Below, piece by piece: positions 37,960 to 50,991 of a stretch of 64,000 nt of DNA. The stretch is from Sphyrna mokarran. Taxonomy: Eukaryota. The translations under genes were made by a program, and so were the position numbers. Below the pieces are notes generated by a model. That model was not told where the DNA came from and did no database searches. It saw nothing but the letters and a program-made list of their open reading frames with translations. Position 1 is the stretch's first letter, and every line of letters begins with the position of its first letter. The stretch lies in contig JAGIQG010000040.1 in NCBI GenBank assembly GCA_024679065.1, positions 12,090,001 through 12,154,000 of the forward strand, read 5' to 3'.

Positions 37960-39210
37960 GGAAGGAAACATAGGAACATTGAATATGGGAGCAGGAAGAG
38001 GGGTTTGGCCTTTCAAGCATGATCTGCCATTTATTATGATCATGATTGAGCATCCACTCAATAGCCTAAACCCGCTTTCTCTCCATAACCTTTGATCCCA
38101 TTCGCCCAAGTGCTATATCCAACCGCTTCTTGAATGCATTCAATTTTCTGGCAACAACTACTTCCTACTTTCACAGGCTCATCACTTTTTGGGCGAAGAA
38201 ATGTCTCCTCATCTAATATATCTTGTCCTGTTCGAATTTTATAAGTCTCTATGAAATCCATTGTCATCCCTTTCAGTAAGTCTCCCGAATATATGAAGGT
38301 CAAATCACGCCTCATATCTTCATAGTCTCCTTTATTAAGATTCAGCACAGTAATCTCCGAGTCAACTGCTTCACTCTCACCTTGATTAAAAAAAAAAAAT
38401 CTCTCATGTTATGTTCCAAGGGGAACCCCCAAGGGGTCACACGCAGCTAGATTGGCAATTATCACTTTCTCACTACACAGTTCCCAGTCCAAGATGGCCT
38501 GCTCCCTAGTCAGTTCCTTCACATATTGATCAGGGAAACCATCCCGTATCGGATTCAGGAAATCGACAAATGAGCATTGTGCTAATTTGATTTGCTCAAT
38601 CAATGTGCAGATTAAAATCACTCTTTATCACCGATATTTCCTCATTACATGTATCTCTAATTTCGTGTTTAATATCATTTCCAATATCACCACTGCATTT
38701 CCGTTGCCCGTATATGACATTCACGGATATTTTTTGCCCGTTGGTATCTCTCAAATCTACTCATACAGATTCCAATTACTAGACCTAATGTGTTTTTCAC
38801 CAGTTTGCTAATTTCCTCTTTACCAGCAGTGCCACTGCAAAACCTTTTCCTTTTTGTCTGTCCATCCTAAATATTGAATACTCTGGGACATTCAGTTCCC
38901 ATCCTTGGGAACTCTGCAGCCATGTCTCCGCAATTCCAATTATAGCATGTCCATTTACATCTATCTTCAAGATTAATTCATCCACTTTGTTGCAAATGCC
39001 CTGTGCATTAAGGCACGGAACCTTTAAGTTTGTCAATTTCACACTGGTTGTCTCGTTCTCAGTATTTTTCTCTATAGCCCTTTATGAGTGTTGTCTTTAG
39101 TTTCTCTTCCTATCATGTTTTTAATCCCCTTTCTACCGCTTTTTTTATACTTGTTCCCTCCTTCCCTGACTCCTTACATAAGTTCCCAACCACCTGGCAC
39201 ATTAGTTTCT
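37960..39210 (-). mobile_element. Old CR1 APE/3' fragments
   Basis: CLNAQGICNKVDEL, IAETWL and QYVKELTREQAILD. Confidence 0.7.
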
Positions 39211-40196
39211 TTGCGTGACGGTGTAGTATTGTGAGGTGGTGAAACTGAAAGGAGGCAATGCCCCAGTGGTGTTATCCTAGATTATTAATCCGGGAAATCA
39301 ATCAGTGTTCTGGGGACCCTGCGTTGGAATCCTACCATGGCAGATGGTGGAATTCAAATTTAATAATCTGGAATTAAGAATCTACTGCTGACGAAGGAAG
39401 TAACTGTTGGAAAATCACATCTGGTTTAGGAATGTTCTTTACAGAAAGAAATCTGCCATTCTGATCTGATCTGGCCCTCATGTGCAATTTGGATGACTCT
39501 CAAGGGAAGTTGGGAATGGATAATAAATTCTGGCCAGACAATGGTGCCCATGTCCCACGACCAAATAAACATCTCTCTCTCTTTGAAAATAAGTCCGAAT
39601 AGCTGTTGATACAGCTAAATGGAAACATGTCTTTCAGACTCAACATGTCTGCTTACCTCTTCGAAATCTAACAGGATTATGAAAATAAAAACAGATAATG
39701 TTGGTTAAAAAATAGGTCAGGAAATATCTGTAAGGAGAGAACGCTTAGCTAACAAATTAAATATTATCTGTTGAATTGTATTTATTTTCTGCCAGATGTT
39801 GAGGCGCTACTGGCAACACCATGTTGCAAATTGCTGTTAAGCCATTTCAGAGATTGGCAGAGCAGGAGCGAAGAGCTGAATGGCCTTTCCTTGTTCCTTT
39901 GTTCCCTAACAAAAGTTCAGAGGCAAAATATCTCTGTTGCAGGGGGAGGACATGGATTGCTTTATTTGACCAGTGGCTACCCTGGCTCAAAAATTCTTCA
40001 CGTTGGTAGAATCCTAGAGCACCCAAGGAGGCCTTTCGGCCCACTTAGCCTGTGATGGTGGGAAAGGATAAGATATGCAATATCTGTTATCTGCAGCGAA
40101 TCAGTGACTGTTCCAACTTTATCTTTGCCGTGAATTGTCTGAAATCTGAAACAGCTATCACAATAGAAGGTTTCTGTCTGAGCAATTGTTTCTGTG

Positions 40197-40246
40197 ATAT
40201 GAAAAGCTGACGTTCAGCAGCGGCACCCAGGTGACAGTTATACCAA
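40197..40246 (+). CDS. Second TCR-type J segment (YEKLTFSSGTQVTVIP) with 12-RSS at 40169-40196; copy 1 only
   Basis: GGTTTCTGT-12-TTCTGTG; KLTF..GT motif; phase-1 donor A|GTGAGT. Confidence 0.82.
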
Positions 40247-40879
40247 GTGAGTGTGAAGTCAGTGTGTTTTTATTCTTTCACTCCACATCTCCTCTGTGAT
40301 CTAGTTTTCTGTTGTAAGTAGTCTAGTCAACTTGGGCAGAGTGCCAACATAATATGTGGCATGCAGGCGAGGGGATTGTTCAGTTTTGAGTCAGTTTTGA
40401 TCTAGCTCAGTTTACCCAGGCATTAGAGGTACATTGGGAAGGAGTTGGGACTGCAGGCCTCAATAATATGTTATTGAACTGAGAATCAGATTTGTGTCCG
40501 GTGAATGGGATAGGAAGATTCCATTCAGAGAGTTGATTTAAATGAGAGAGCGGAGACGAATAAGCATCTTTGTTCTGTTTAAAACGTTGGGATTGTGAAT
40601 TACACAGGATTTTCATTTTCTTGGCGAAAAATAAACTCTCCTCATATTAGTTCCATATTCTTTGAATATGAACCCTGGTTCTGGACCCTGCCTCCACTCT
40701 GCATCTACTCTGCCTAATTCTGCATTACATGTTTTAGTGACATCTTCTCCTCTTGCCTTCCTCCTTCTGAATCCCAGACAATAAAATCCTAACCGGCTCA
40801 ATCTCCCCTCATATGTCAGTCCTGCCGCTCCAGAATCTGTCCAGTGAACTTCCCTCCACTCCCTCTTTAGCATCTGCAC

Positions 40880-41390
40880 TGCACTAGTCTACCTTTTCGG
40901 CTATCCCTTTAAAAATTCATTCAAATTTATGAGATACGATTTTCCACTCACAAAGCCATGCTGAATGTCCCTAATCATTCCTTGCATCTCTGAATGACTG
41001 TAAATCCTTCTCTCAAAAAATATTTCAACAATTTACCCACCCAGATGTGAGGCTCACTGGTCTGGAGTTTCCAGGCTTTTCCCTGCAGCCCCTTTTGAAA
41101 CAAAGACACAACATTTGCCACTTTCCAATCTTCAGGCACCTCACCTGAGTCTAACGATGATTTAAATATCTCTGCTAGGGAACCCGCAAATTTCTCCCTC
41201 GCCTCCCATAATATCCTGGGATACACCTCATTAATTTTCGGGGATTCATCGATCTCAATGCGCTGTTAGACTTCCAGCACCTCTTTCTTTGTTATATGTA
41301 CACTCCCAAAGACATCACTATTTTTTCCCAAGTTCCCAATGATGCTTTTGTCAACAGTGAATACTGGTGAGAAATATTCAATTAGGATCT
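40880..41390 (-). mobile_element. CR1 ORF2 fragment; paralog at about 59800-60320
   Basis: YPRILWEAREK...GEVPEDWKVANV. Confidence 0.8.
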
Positions 41391-41761
41391 CACCCGCGTG
41401 TGTTCGTGTGTGTGTGTGTGTGTGTGTGTCTGTGCAATGGATTGTGTGCCTGCTTGTGTGCCCAGNNNNNNNNNNNNNNNNNNNNNNNNNNNNNNNNNNN
41501 NNNNNNNNNNNNNNNNNNNNNNNNNNNNNNNNNNNNNNNNNNNNNNNNNNNNNNNNNNNNNNNNNNNNNNNNNNNNNNNNNNNNNNNNNNNNNNNNGGAG
41601 AAAAGGATTATTTATCCCATCTTAGCATTCGGTAAGTTAATGGAGAAACTTACATAGGGTTAAGACACAGGAGAAATGTGATCTAATCGAATGGCACAGC
41701 AGGTTGGGGGATGTCACCCTGTTGGATTCTGATTTTTTTTTCCTTTTATTTTCATTTTTAG

Positions 41762-42064
41762 AGGCGAAAGGCCCGGAAAAACCAAAATTGAGCGTCTTTT
41801 ACCCGCCAGTGCCACCGGGAGCCACCAACACCAGCACCGCTACAGTCTGCTTGGCCTCGGACTTCTCCCCCAAGGCAATCCAGCTCTCCCTGTACACGGG
41901 ATCCGGCCAGGAGGTCAATGTGACAAGATCCAGTGTCCCATTGGAGAGCGGGAATTACAGGAGCTCGGGTTTCCTCTCTTTCCCCCAATCAGAGAAATCG
42001 CCAAACATCACATGCAAGGCATTTCACAATAATCAGAATTACTCAGTAAACATCCCGCCCACTG
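41762..42064 (+). CDS. Ig C1-set constant exon, TCR-delta-like
   Basis: Long polypyrimidine acceptor TTTTAG; 303-nt phase 1-1 exon. KPKLSVFYP...VCLASDFSPK...SGNY...ITCKAFHN has both Cys but no C-strand Trp, as in C-delta. Donor G|GTAAGT. Confidence 0.85.
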
Positions 42065-42852
42065 GTAAGTTTAATTTACTTCCGTTCATGTGATGTGGTT
42101 TGACCAGCATTTATTGCCCCTCCTAAATTGCTCTTCAGCAGAGGGCATTTAAGTTTCACTTACCGGCCAGACAGTGTAAGAACGGCAGATTTCCTTCCCT
42201 AAAGGATATTAGTGAAGCAGATGAGTTTTAATGATAATCGACAATAATTTCATTGGTCATCATTAGACTTCTAATTCTATTTCTTTAACATTCAAATTTC
42301 ACATCTGTCATGGTGAATTTCGAACACACATCCCCATATCGGTATTCTGTGTCCTTGGATTGACAATATCACTGCGCAACTGCCTCCTCTGAGAGTGTTT
42401 TTGGATAGGAAGAACGCCCATTAAATATTACCCATCCTTTTATCACTCTCAGTGTCATCGTCCTTCAGAATGTTGTCTTTTTGAAAGATTGGCTGACTAA
42501 TGATTGAAGGTCAATTATTCTAGTATCGGGACTTCACTGCAGGAGTTCCTCAGTGTCTCAGAACCAATCAGCTTCAGTTGCTTCATTAATCACCTTCAAT
42601 CTATTGTTAACGTCGGATGTTGGGATGTTCGTTGATAACTGAACAATGTTCAGCACCATTCATGACCCCTCAGATCATGAAGTAATGCATTACAAATGCA
42701 GCAATAGCTGGACAATATCTAGGCTTANNNNNNNNNNNNNNNNNNNNNNNNNNNNNNNNNNNNNNNNNNNNNNNNNNNNNNNNATGAGCTTTGTACCTCA
42801 GATAATGGAGCCTTGCTTGTCCGACTTATTTGAAATAGTATAGGTTTATATG

Positions 42853-42886
<34 letters not shown>

Positions 42887-45859
42887 GTTGTCAAATCCTA
42901 AGGTTAACATTTGGTTCGTATCTCAAATGTCTATTTGATGTGTAGAAACCTTTCGATTCTCACTGGGGCTGGTGAAATCAGTATATTGTTGGTTTAAAGA
43001 AAGTGCTTGTGGTGTTTTTGTATGGTGCCAGAGCTTGGAACACAGGGATGTAAAAGGATCACAGTGACACCAATCTTAAATAATACAGAAATTATGAAGT
43101 ATTTCAGATCTGAAATCCACAGAAGGTGGACATTTAAATCAGTGTAAAAAAGCTGAACAGCAGGAAACCCATAATAATACAAAGAATACCTTCAATAATA
43201 AAAGATTTCAAAACTAATGAATCAGAATAATTGAGCTATAAAAATTAAACTGAACCTTTAGTTTTCAAACTAAATAATTATAGAGTGTGAAGGAAAGTGG
43301 AGTGTTCTTTTAAGATATACAAGATAAAGTTTAACAATTTACGGACACAAGTGTGGTGCAAGTTTTGAACCTTCACAGCATGATTTTCTTCACACAATAT
43401 GGCCTGAAACTCAAATATAACTGTTATTGTCAATGGATGATGAGTTCACAGTTCCAGATCTTAGCTCATCCAGAGTTGATGGGATCCACAGGACTCTGTA
43501 ATTAAAGTATAAAAGTGTAAATTTACATTGGACCACAGTCACGTGATATATTACACTTGTCAAATGAAAATGCAATTACAGACAAAGCCAGTGACATGAT
43601 ACTAATATGTTATAATGAAGCACAATTTGACATCAGGTTAATTGATTAATAAGCTTCAATTACGTGATCATTACACATGACTAAGCTACAAACTACTAAA
43701 CATGAGCATTCCTGCAGTCGAACAACAGGCTAAGACAGTCACACATCTCACTGCTAATGTTTTCACAGGAACAAGGAGTAGGATTCGACTAATTGACCCC
43801 TTGAGTCTGTTCCATCATTTAATCAGATCACGGCTGATCTGATAATAACTTTAAATCTACATCCTGCCTACCCCCAATCATCTATTGCCAAGAACCTACC
43901 CTAGAACAGCATTAAAAATATTCAAAGATTCTGCTCCCACCGCTTTTTCTGAAGAGCATTCCAGATGACTCTCTGAAAGAAAATATTTCACCTCCTCTGT
44001 TTTAAATGTGTGAACTTTTTTTTTAAACAGGATCCTCTATCTCTGGATTCTCACACAAGAAGAAACATCCTCTCCACACCAATCTGTCAAGACCCTTCAG
44101 AATCTTCAATGTTTTGATCAAATTTCTCTCACTCTTCTAAACACCAGCAGACACAAGTCGAGCCTATTCAAGTTTTACCCATAGTCCAACATTTCTGGCA
44201 TTAGTCTGGTCAATTGACTGCTTCCAATGCATTTACATCCTTGCTTAAACAAGATGACCAATACTGTACACAATACTTCAGATCTGGTCTCACTGGTGCT
44301 CTGGATAACTGAAGCATAATCTCCATATTTATGTAACCAATTCCCCTCAAATGATACCTTTCCTAATTACTTACTTTAGCTGCTTATTAGCTTTTTGTGA
44401 TTCATGCAAAGAACAGCAAGGAAGCCAGGTTCGATTCCCGGATTGGGTCACTAGCTATATAGAATTTGTGCATTCTCCCTGTGTCTGCGTGGATTTACTC
44501 CTGGAGCTCTGGTTTCCTTCCACAGTTTGAAAGACGTGCTGGTTAGGATGCATTGGTCATGCTAAATTCTTGAATGGACCTGAACAGGCACGGAATGTGG
44601 CAACTGGGGGATTTTCACTGTGATTTCATTGCAGTGTTAATGTAAGCCGACATATTAGTGACACTAATAAATAAACTTAAACTGCAGGTCTAGGTGCCAC
44701 TGTGACAATGCACCCTTTTGTTTAAACACTCTGCAATGCTGAGACTGGGGAGAGGAGTGAACAACAGGGAGCAGCATTGCAGCTCCTCTCCCCCCATTGA
44801 AACTGGGATTGTTGCTCCATCTGCTGCACCATCCCCACCACATCCACTGGGGGGCAATCTGGACAATGGGCTGCAGGCAGGACTTCACTGCGCCTGCGCT
44901 GCAATCAAGCGCGCCGCTGCGGCCATCTTGCGTTGCCAGGGGATACGGCCGGCGGCCATTTTGCGTTGCCAGGGAGACGGCGGCCCACGCGCTGCACTCT
45001 GGAGGAATTCCACTGCCGCACATACGCCCAGGCAATTACATTTTCATCTTTTAATATTTTGAATCTTGATGATTACTATTCACATCCTCACCCGTCAGAC
45101 TTTCGGTTCCTTCTCCATTCGGGAATATCGTTTCTTTTTTTTAATTACGTCTTTTTTTAAAACAATCACAAAGCGCGGTGTACGCTGGGAAAATACTACG
45201 GCACATGCGCAGTTCCACTACTTGACTCTTTATAAAAATATGTATTTTGTTTAATTTTAATTCCGCTCCCGGTGGGATTTCCGGGTGGGAATTTCTCTCA
45301 CTTTCTACATTTCTGAACCGTCCCTTTTTCCTCGACCGGGGGGGAGGGGTTGATGGTGACGTCACGACAATATGGCGACTGGTCCCGCCATATTGTCTTG
45401 TAGGCCCCGGATGTTCCGCCAACGAGCAGCAACAGGGGCGGAGCGGGCAAGAGGTGACACTGGGCGGAGCAGTGTCCGGGCGTGTCACAACGACGACTGA
45501 TGGTCAGGAAGGGAAATAGCAGCAGCACCGTGTCTGCCCAAAGGCTTCCCCAGTTCAGCTGCTCAGAGACACTGGGAACCTCTTCAACTGGAAACTTCAG
45601 CTTCTTACATTCACCTCGATCCACCTATCTACCCCTCCATCCACCTCACCCTCCCTCCTTCTTTCCATCCATCTCTCTCTCTCCCATCCACACATCCTTC
45701 TCTGCAATAAAACCATTCATTCGGAACAGCTGCTTCAATCTCATTACCTCAGTCTGTCTTCCAGTCTGCGTCAATTCGCTCTGTTCCCAGATACTTTATA
45801 CATTAGATATTACTATTCAAATATTATAATCTTTCTAATTCTGTATTTGTTCAAAGATC

Positions 45860-45957
45860 TCAGTAAGAATTTAGCAACACCAATTTTTAATCCAACCGAT
45901 TTATTTGATAGTAAATCCGCGAGCTTTCAACACTCTGTGTCTTCCTCAGGCAAAAAA
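45860..45957. mobile_element. Short Penelope-like terminal fragment inserted in copy 2 only
   Basis: CAACACCAATTTT...GATAGTAAATCCGCGAGCTTTC matches the arm at 54599; absent at 19591 in copy 1. Confidence 0.7.
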
Positions 45958-48900
45958 ATCACAGACAACAGAGAAATCATCAATTGTACCCCCATTCTGA
46001 GCTATGAAAATTTATACATTTTCTCATTTCACAAACTTTTGATTAACTTCTGTTATGATTTTAGTGATGACGTGGCGATGCCGGCATTGGACTGGGCTAA
46101 ACATAGTCAGAAGTCTCACAACACCGGGTTAACAGGTATATTTGGTAGCAAAAGCTTTCGGAGTACTGCCCTTCGTCAGATAAGTGAGAGTTCCATTCAT
46201 AAACAGGGCATATAAAATACAAGCTCAATTTGCAAAATAATGGTTGGAATGCGAGTCTTTACGGGTAATCAAGTGTTAAAGGTACAGTCTCACATAGAGC
46301 ACCATCCACCCAATACACAGTGCATATCCTTGCAACTCGGCCAACGTTATCTACCTGAAATGCTGCAGGAAAGGATGTCCAGAGTATGGTACATTGGGGA
46401 GACCATGCAGATACTACCACAATGGTTGAATGAAAACCAGTCGACAATCATCAGGCAAGAGTATTCTCTTCCTGTTGGGGAACACTTCAGCGGTCACGGG
46501 CATTCGGCCTCTGATCTTCAGTACACTTTGTCCAAGGCAGCCTTCACCACACACGACAGCACAGAGTCACTGAGCACAGACTGACAGCCAAATTCTAAAC
46601 ACATGTGAACGCCTGATCTGGGATCTTGGGTTCATGTCACGCTAACTGAAACCCCCATGATTTTCCTTGTTCTTGCAAAATCTCACTTACTGTCCCAGCT
46701 GGAGACAACGCACATCTCTTTAAACTTGCTTATCTCTCTCCCAACTCACATTATCTGTATCTTTAAGACTTGATTATCTGTAAAGTCTAGCATTGTAACC
46801 ATTATTGTGTGAATTGAATTTGTGTTATTATATGCCCAGCTTGTGAACAGAACTCCCACCCACCTGATGAATGAGCAGCGCTCTGAAAGCAAGTGGCTTT
46901 TGCTAGCAAATAAACCTGTTGGAATTTCAGCTGGTGTTGTGAGTCTTCTTACATTATTTTAGTTCCCAGCAGTTGGATTAGAGATTAACATCAACTGGTC
47001 ATTGTCTCAGTTTATCTCTGTGTTTGTGAGAGTGTGTGTGATAGTTGTGTTTGTGGAATTCTACGTTTTCGTGTGCATATTTGTGTGTGTTGTTGAATGT
47101 GTTTGTGTGTGTCTGTCAGTTTGTTTGTAGCTGTTTGCTTGAGATTGTGTATACCTGTATATGTATTTGTGTGTGTGCCTGTGAATTTTCCTGTGTCGGT
47201 TTGAGAGTGAATGTATCTGTGAATGTGTTCGTATGTGTACATCTCCGAGTTCGTCTGTAACTGTTCCTGAGATTGGTGTAGATTCTGTGAATAGGTTCAT
47301 CTGCACTAAATTATAATAAAATAAGTGCAATATGAACAGGAAAAAATACAATCCTCTAATATGATCCTTCAGTTGTCTGAAGATATCCTGGTGATTCATA
47401 CATCTAAAGCCCTCCCTCAGACACCGGATCTTTAGCCAGGATTCAATTGTAATATCTCCCTATTGCAAGCCTCAGTAGCACGTGGCATGGAGGATAATCC
47501 TGAGATTACTACCCAGAGGTCCTGCTCTATCTAACTCCCTGAATTGTCTTCACAGGCCCTCTTCTCCTTTCCTGCCTCTGTCATTAATGCCAATGTGGAC
47601 AATGACATCTATCTGTTCACATTCCCGTTTCAGGATGTCCTGTACCTGCTCAGAGACACCCAGGATTCTGAAACCAGGGAGGCAACACAGCATCCTAGAA
47701 TATTGTTCACTGCCATGGAAACTCATGTCTATGCTCCTGACTATCGAGTTCTTCTACGACTTTCATTCACTTGGTCCTAGCTCGACCCTTCTCTACAGTA
47801 GAACTAGTCATGGTGCCAGAAGCCTGGCTGCTGCTGGTATTTTCCCCTGAGAAGCTATTTCCCCTCCCCCAACATTATCCAAAACGGTATACCTGTATGA
47901 GAGGGAATTGCCACAAAACTGCTGCAATACATGCCTGTCTGTCCTGGCAGTCACTCTTCTATCTATCTGGATATGGACTTGTGGTGCGACACCTTCTTGA
48001 AGCTAGTTCTATCACACTCACTTCTCCCTGTCTGTTCGGCAGCCATAGAGTCATAGAGATTTACAGCATAGAAACAGGTCCTTTGGCCCAATATATCCAT
48101 GTCACCCTTTTATTAAACACTAAGCTGGGCCCACTTGTCATGTTTGGTCCATATCCCTCCACACTCATTTTACCCATGTAACTGTCCAAAATATTTTTAA
48201 AAAGACAAAGTTGTATCCGCCTCTACTACTACCTCTGGTAGCTTGTTCCAGACACTCACCATCCTCTGCGTGAATAAATTGCCCTTCTGGAGCATCCTGT
48301 AACTCTCCTCTCTCAGCTCAAATTTACGCACTTTAGTTTAGACTCCCCTACCTTTTGGAAAAAATGTTGCCCATCAAACTGATCTGTGCCCCCCATTATT
48401 ATCTCGACTCCTATAGGGGACATTCACCCCTATAAGATCACCGCTCAGTCTTATACAGTCCAGGGGAAAAAAGCCAACCTTTCCTTATAACTCAAACCAT
48501 CAAGTCCCGGTAGCATCCTAATAAATCTTTTCTGCATTCTTTCTGGTTTAATAATATCCTCTCCATAATAGGATGATCAGAATTGCATATAGTATTCCAT
48601 GTGTGGCCTTACCAATGTCTTGTGCAACTTCAACACGAAGTCCCAACTCTTGTATTCAGGTTCTAATGATTACACCAAACATACTGAATGCCTTCTTTAC
48701 CACTCTGTCCACCTATGACTCCACATTCAATGAGGTACGAACCTGTACCGCTAGATCTTTTTGTTCTGTAACTCTGCACAACAGCCTGCCATTAAATGAG
48801 TAAGTTCTGTCCTGGTTTGATTGACCAAAATGGATCACCTCGCATTTATCTAAATAAAACTCCATCTTCCGTTCATCAGTCCACTAGCCTAATTGATAAA

Positions 48901-49663
48901 TATCCCATTGCAATCCGTGATAACCTTCTTCACTGTCCACTATGTCACCAATCTTGGTGTCATCTACAATCTTACTAACCATGCCTCTAAATTTCTCATC
49001 CAAATTATTAATAAAAATGACAAATAACAGTGTACCCAGCACCGATCCATGAGGCACACTGCTCTTCACTGTCCTCCAGTTTGAAAAACAACTCTCTAGA
49101 ACCACCCTCTGGCTTCTGTCATCAAGCCAATTTTGTATCCATTTGGCTCCCTCACCCTGGATCCAGTGAGATTGTTTCCAGCCGCTGCTCCAACCGAACC
49201 CTGCGGTGTGTAAGGAAGTGCACCTGATCACACTTCCCGCAAACAGTTACCAGGGATACTAGAAAGTTCCCTAATGTCCCATATGTAGCAGGAGGACCAT
49301 ATCACAGCCCTGACTGCCATCTCTACAGTTGGACACGGAAATAAAAGAAGAAGCTTTATTACTTTTAACAAAGAGGGACAATCACAAACCCTGAGAAGCA
49401 ACACCCAGAGGAGTGACGGGATCAGATTTTGGGGTCGCGAGCTCCGAGTCAGTGATAACTGTGGAGCCTCGACTGAATCTTCCCAGCTTTCTGTCACCTT
49501 TCCATTCTCGAGTTTTATTTTAAACAATGGGCGTGGCCTAAATTAACAATGTTCAGGCCTGAGGTATTTCAGTTCAGTTCTGAGATCCAGTGTCCCAGAG
49601 CAGCCAGACTCTGCAGTCTCCAGCTCCCCGTCATACAAACCATCAGCTCCGGGCAGCAGGGAG

Positions 49664-49706
49664 ATGGGAATCCTCCTTGTTTTCACCCTGTGTGCCTGTT
49701 TACCCC
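49664..49706 (+). CDS. Leader exon, copy 2 (MGILLVFTLCACLP)
   Basis: ATG...CCC C|GTGAGT. Confidence 0.88.
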
Positions 49707-49854
49707 GTGAGTACCGATCAAACTAACCCACATTGTGTGGATTGGATATAAAGCTGTCCCAGGCCATTCCAATTACAGACACTGTTTGGGGTTTTAGCTC
49801 TGTTGTGTGGTTCGGATCTGATGGTCCATCAAACTCTCTGTGTTTAATTTCCAG

Positions 49855-50133
49855 GATCTTTCAGTCAGTCAGTGACACAAAACCCGGCAGAGGTGACCAA
49901 GAAGGAGTGTGAGTCTCTCACCATCACTTGTGATTTGTATGGTTCTGCTTATGCTCGCTTAGTAAACGGCGAATTCTTCAAACAAACCCAGCCCGGGAAG
50001 GAGTGGGAGCTGATCTCCAACGGAGGGAGATTTACTGTGTCTGTGAACAAAGCAGGAAAGACATTTTCGCTGGAAATTCGGGATTTGAGAGTTGAAGACG
50101 CCGCCACCTATTACTGTAAAGCCAAGTACAAGA
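49855..50133 (+). CDS. NAR-type V segment, copy 2, with 22-spacer RSS at 50134-50171
   Basis: QSVTQNPAEVTKKECESLTITC...DLRVEDAATYYCK; CACAGTG-22-ACAAAAACT. Confidence 0.9.
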
Positions 50134-50517
50134 CACAGTGATGGACCTCAGCTTCCGGCAATACAAAAACTTTCTTTGCGGATTCTCACAGAACCAAAGG
50201 AAAAACCGGAGTTAATCTACCCTGAACCACCACCGCGCCCCCCAATCCCACTACCCGCCAATCCTTCACACTCCTGAGGCCACAGTTTATTTTTAATAAG
50301 ACCTGATTATCACCGTTGCTATGTTGAGTTTTATAAATACGGAGTGTGAGTGGATGGGGCTGTCATTCCCGGGAGTGCTGTCGGTGAATTGAGAATGGAA
50401 ATGACTGATCCCAGTTACAAACCCTGACACCAGATGGGATCCTCGGCTCACAGCCGGAACTGGGAGCCACTTTCCGCGCTGTTTAATTCATGTTCCAACA
50501 TCCCACCCAGTCCCCGA

Positions 50518-50589
50518 GGTTTTGATACTGAATTGTAACACTGTGTAATATATGGGGAGGTCACGGTGGAAAGAAGCTGAACAAATACC
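50518..50589 (+). other. D segment (50546-50561) with 12/12 RSS, copy 2
   Basis: Coding part identical to the copy 1 D; same heptamers and nonamers. Confidence 0.9.
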
Positions 50590-50941
50590 TGTGCACAATT
50601 ACACTATCAATACTCAGTACCCAGAGAGTGAATCATTGGTTTGATGATATTATCGCTGTGATCGGGATTATTTCTACTGTAATCTCCACCATTCACATCT
50701 TTCCTTGATTTTTTTTTGCTATATATAAAGTGAATATTTCCTTCCTGCGGCCATTTACTGAGAGATCGGGCCTCACAAAATTACAGTTTGAACCGACAGA
50801 GACGTTAAAACCTTGAGTATTATTTATTGATTTTAAATCCCCCGAATAATTGGACACTTCTCAATGTCTGGTGATGGTTTTCCGGCAGATTGAGATATCG
50901 GTGGTTTTTGTACCGGGGAGATTGAAGGCGGAGTCACTGTG

Positions 50942-50991
50942 TAAATATTATGATGTGGATGGATCCGGGACGGTGGTGAGGGTCACAGCCG
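50942..50991 (+). CDS. NAR-type J segment, copy 2 (KYYDVDGSGTVVRVTA), with consensus 23-RSS at 50903-50941
   Basis: GGTTTTTGT-23-CACTGTG; donor G|GTAAGT. Confidence 0.9.

Larger units (their letters stand above)
16562..42727 (+). repeat. Segmental duplication unit, copy 1
   Basis: Starts CTCAGATAATGGAGC as at 42797; colinear with copy 2 throughout (offset about 26.3 kb at the D segment). Confidence 0.92.

Noticed and set aside
42854-42882. Poly-T run as a retrocopy tail
   Set aside because: Lies beside a gap in error-prone sequence with no associated element body.
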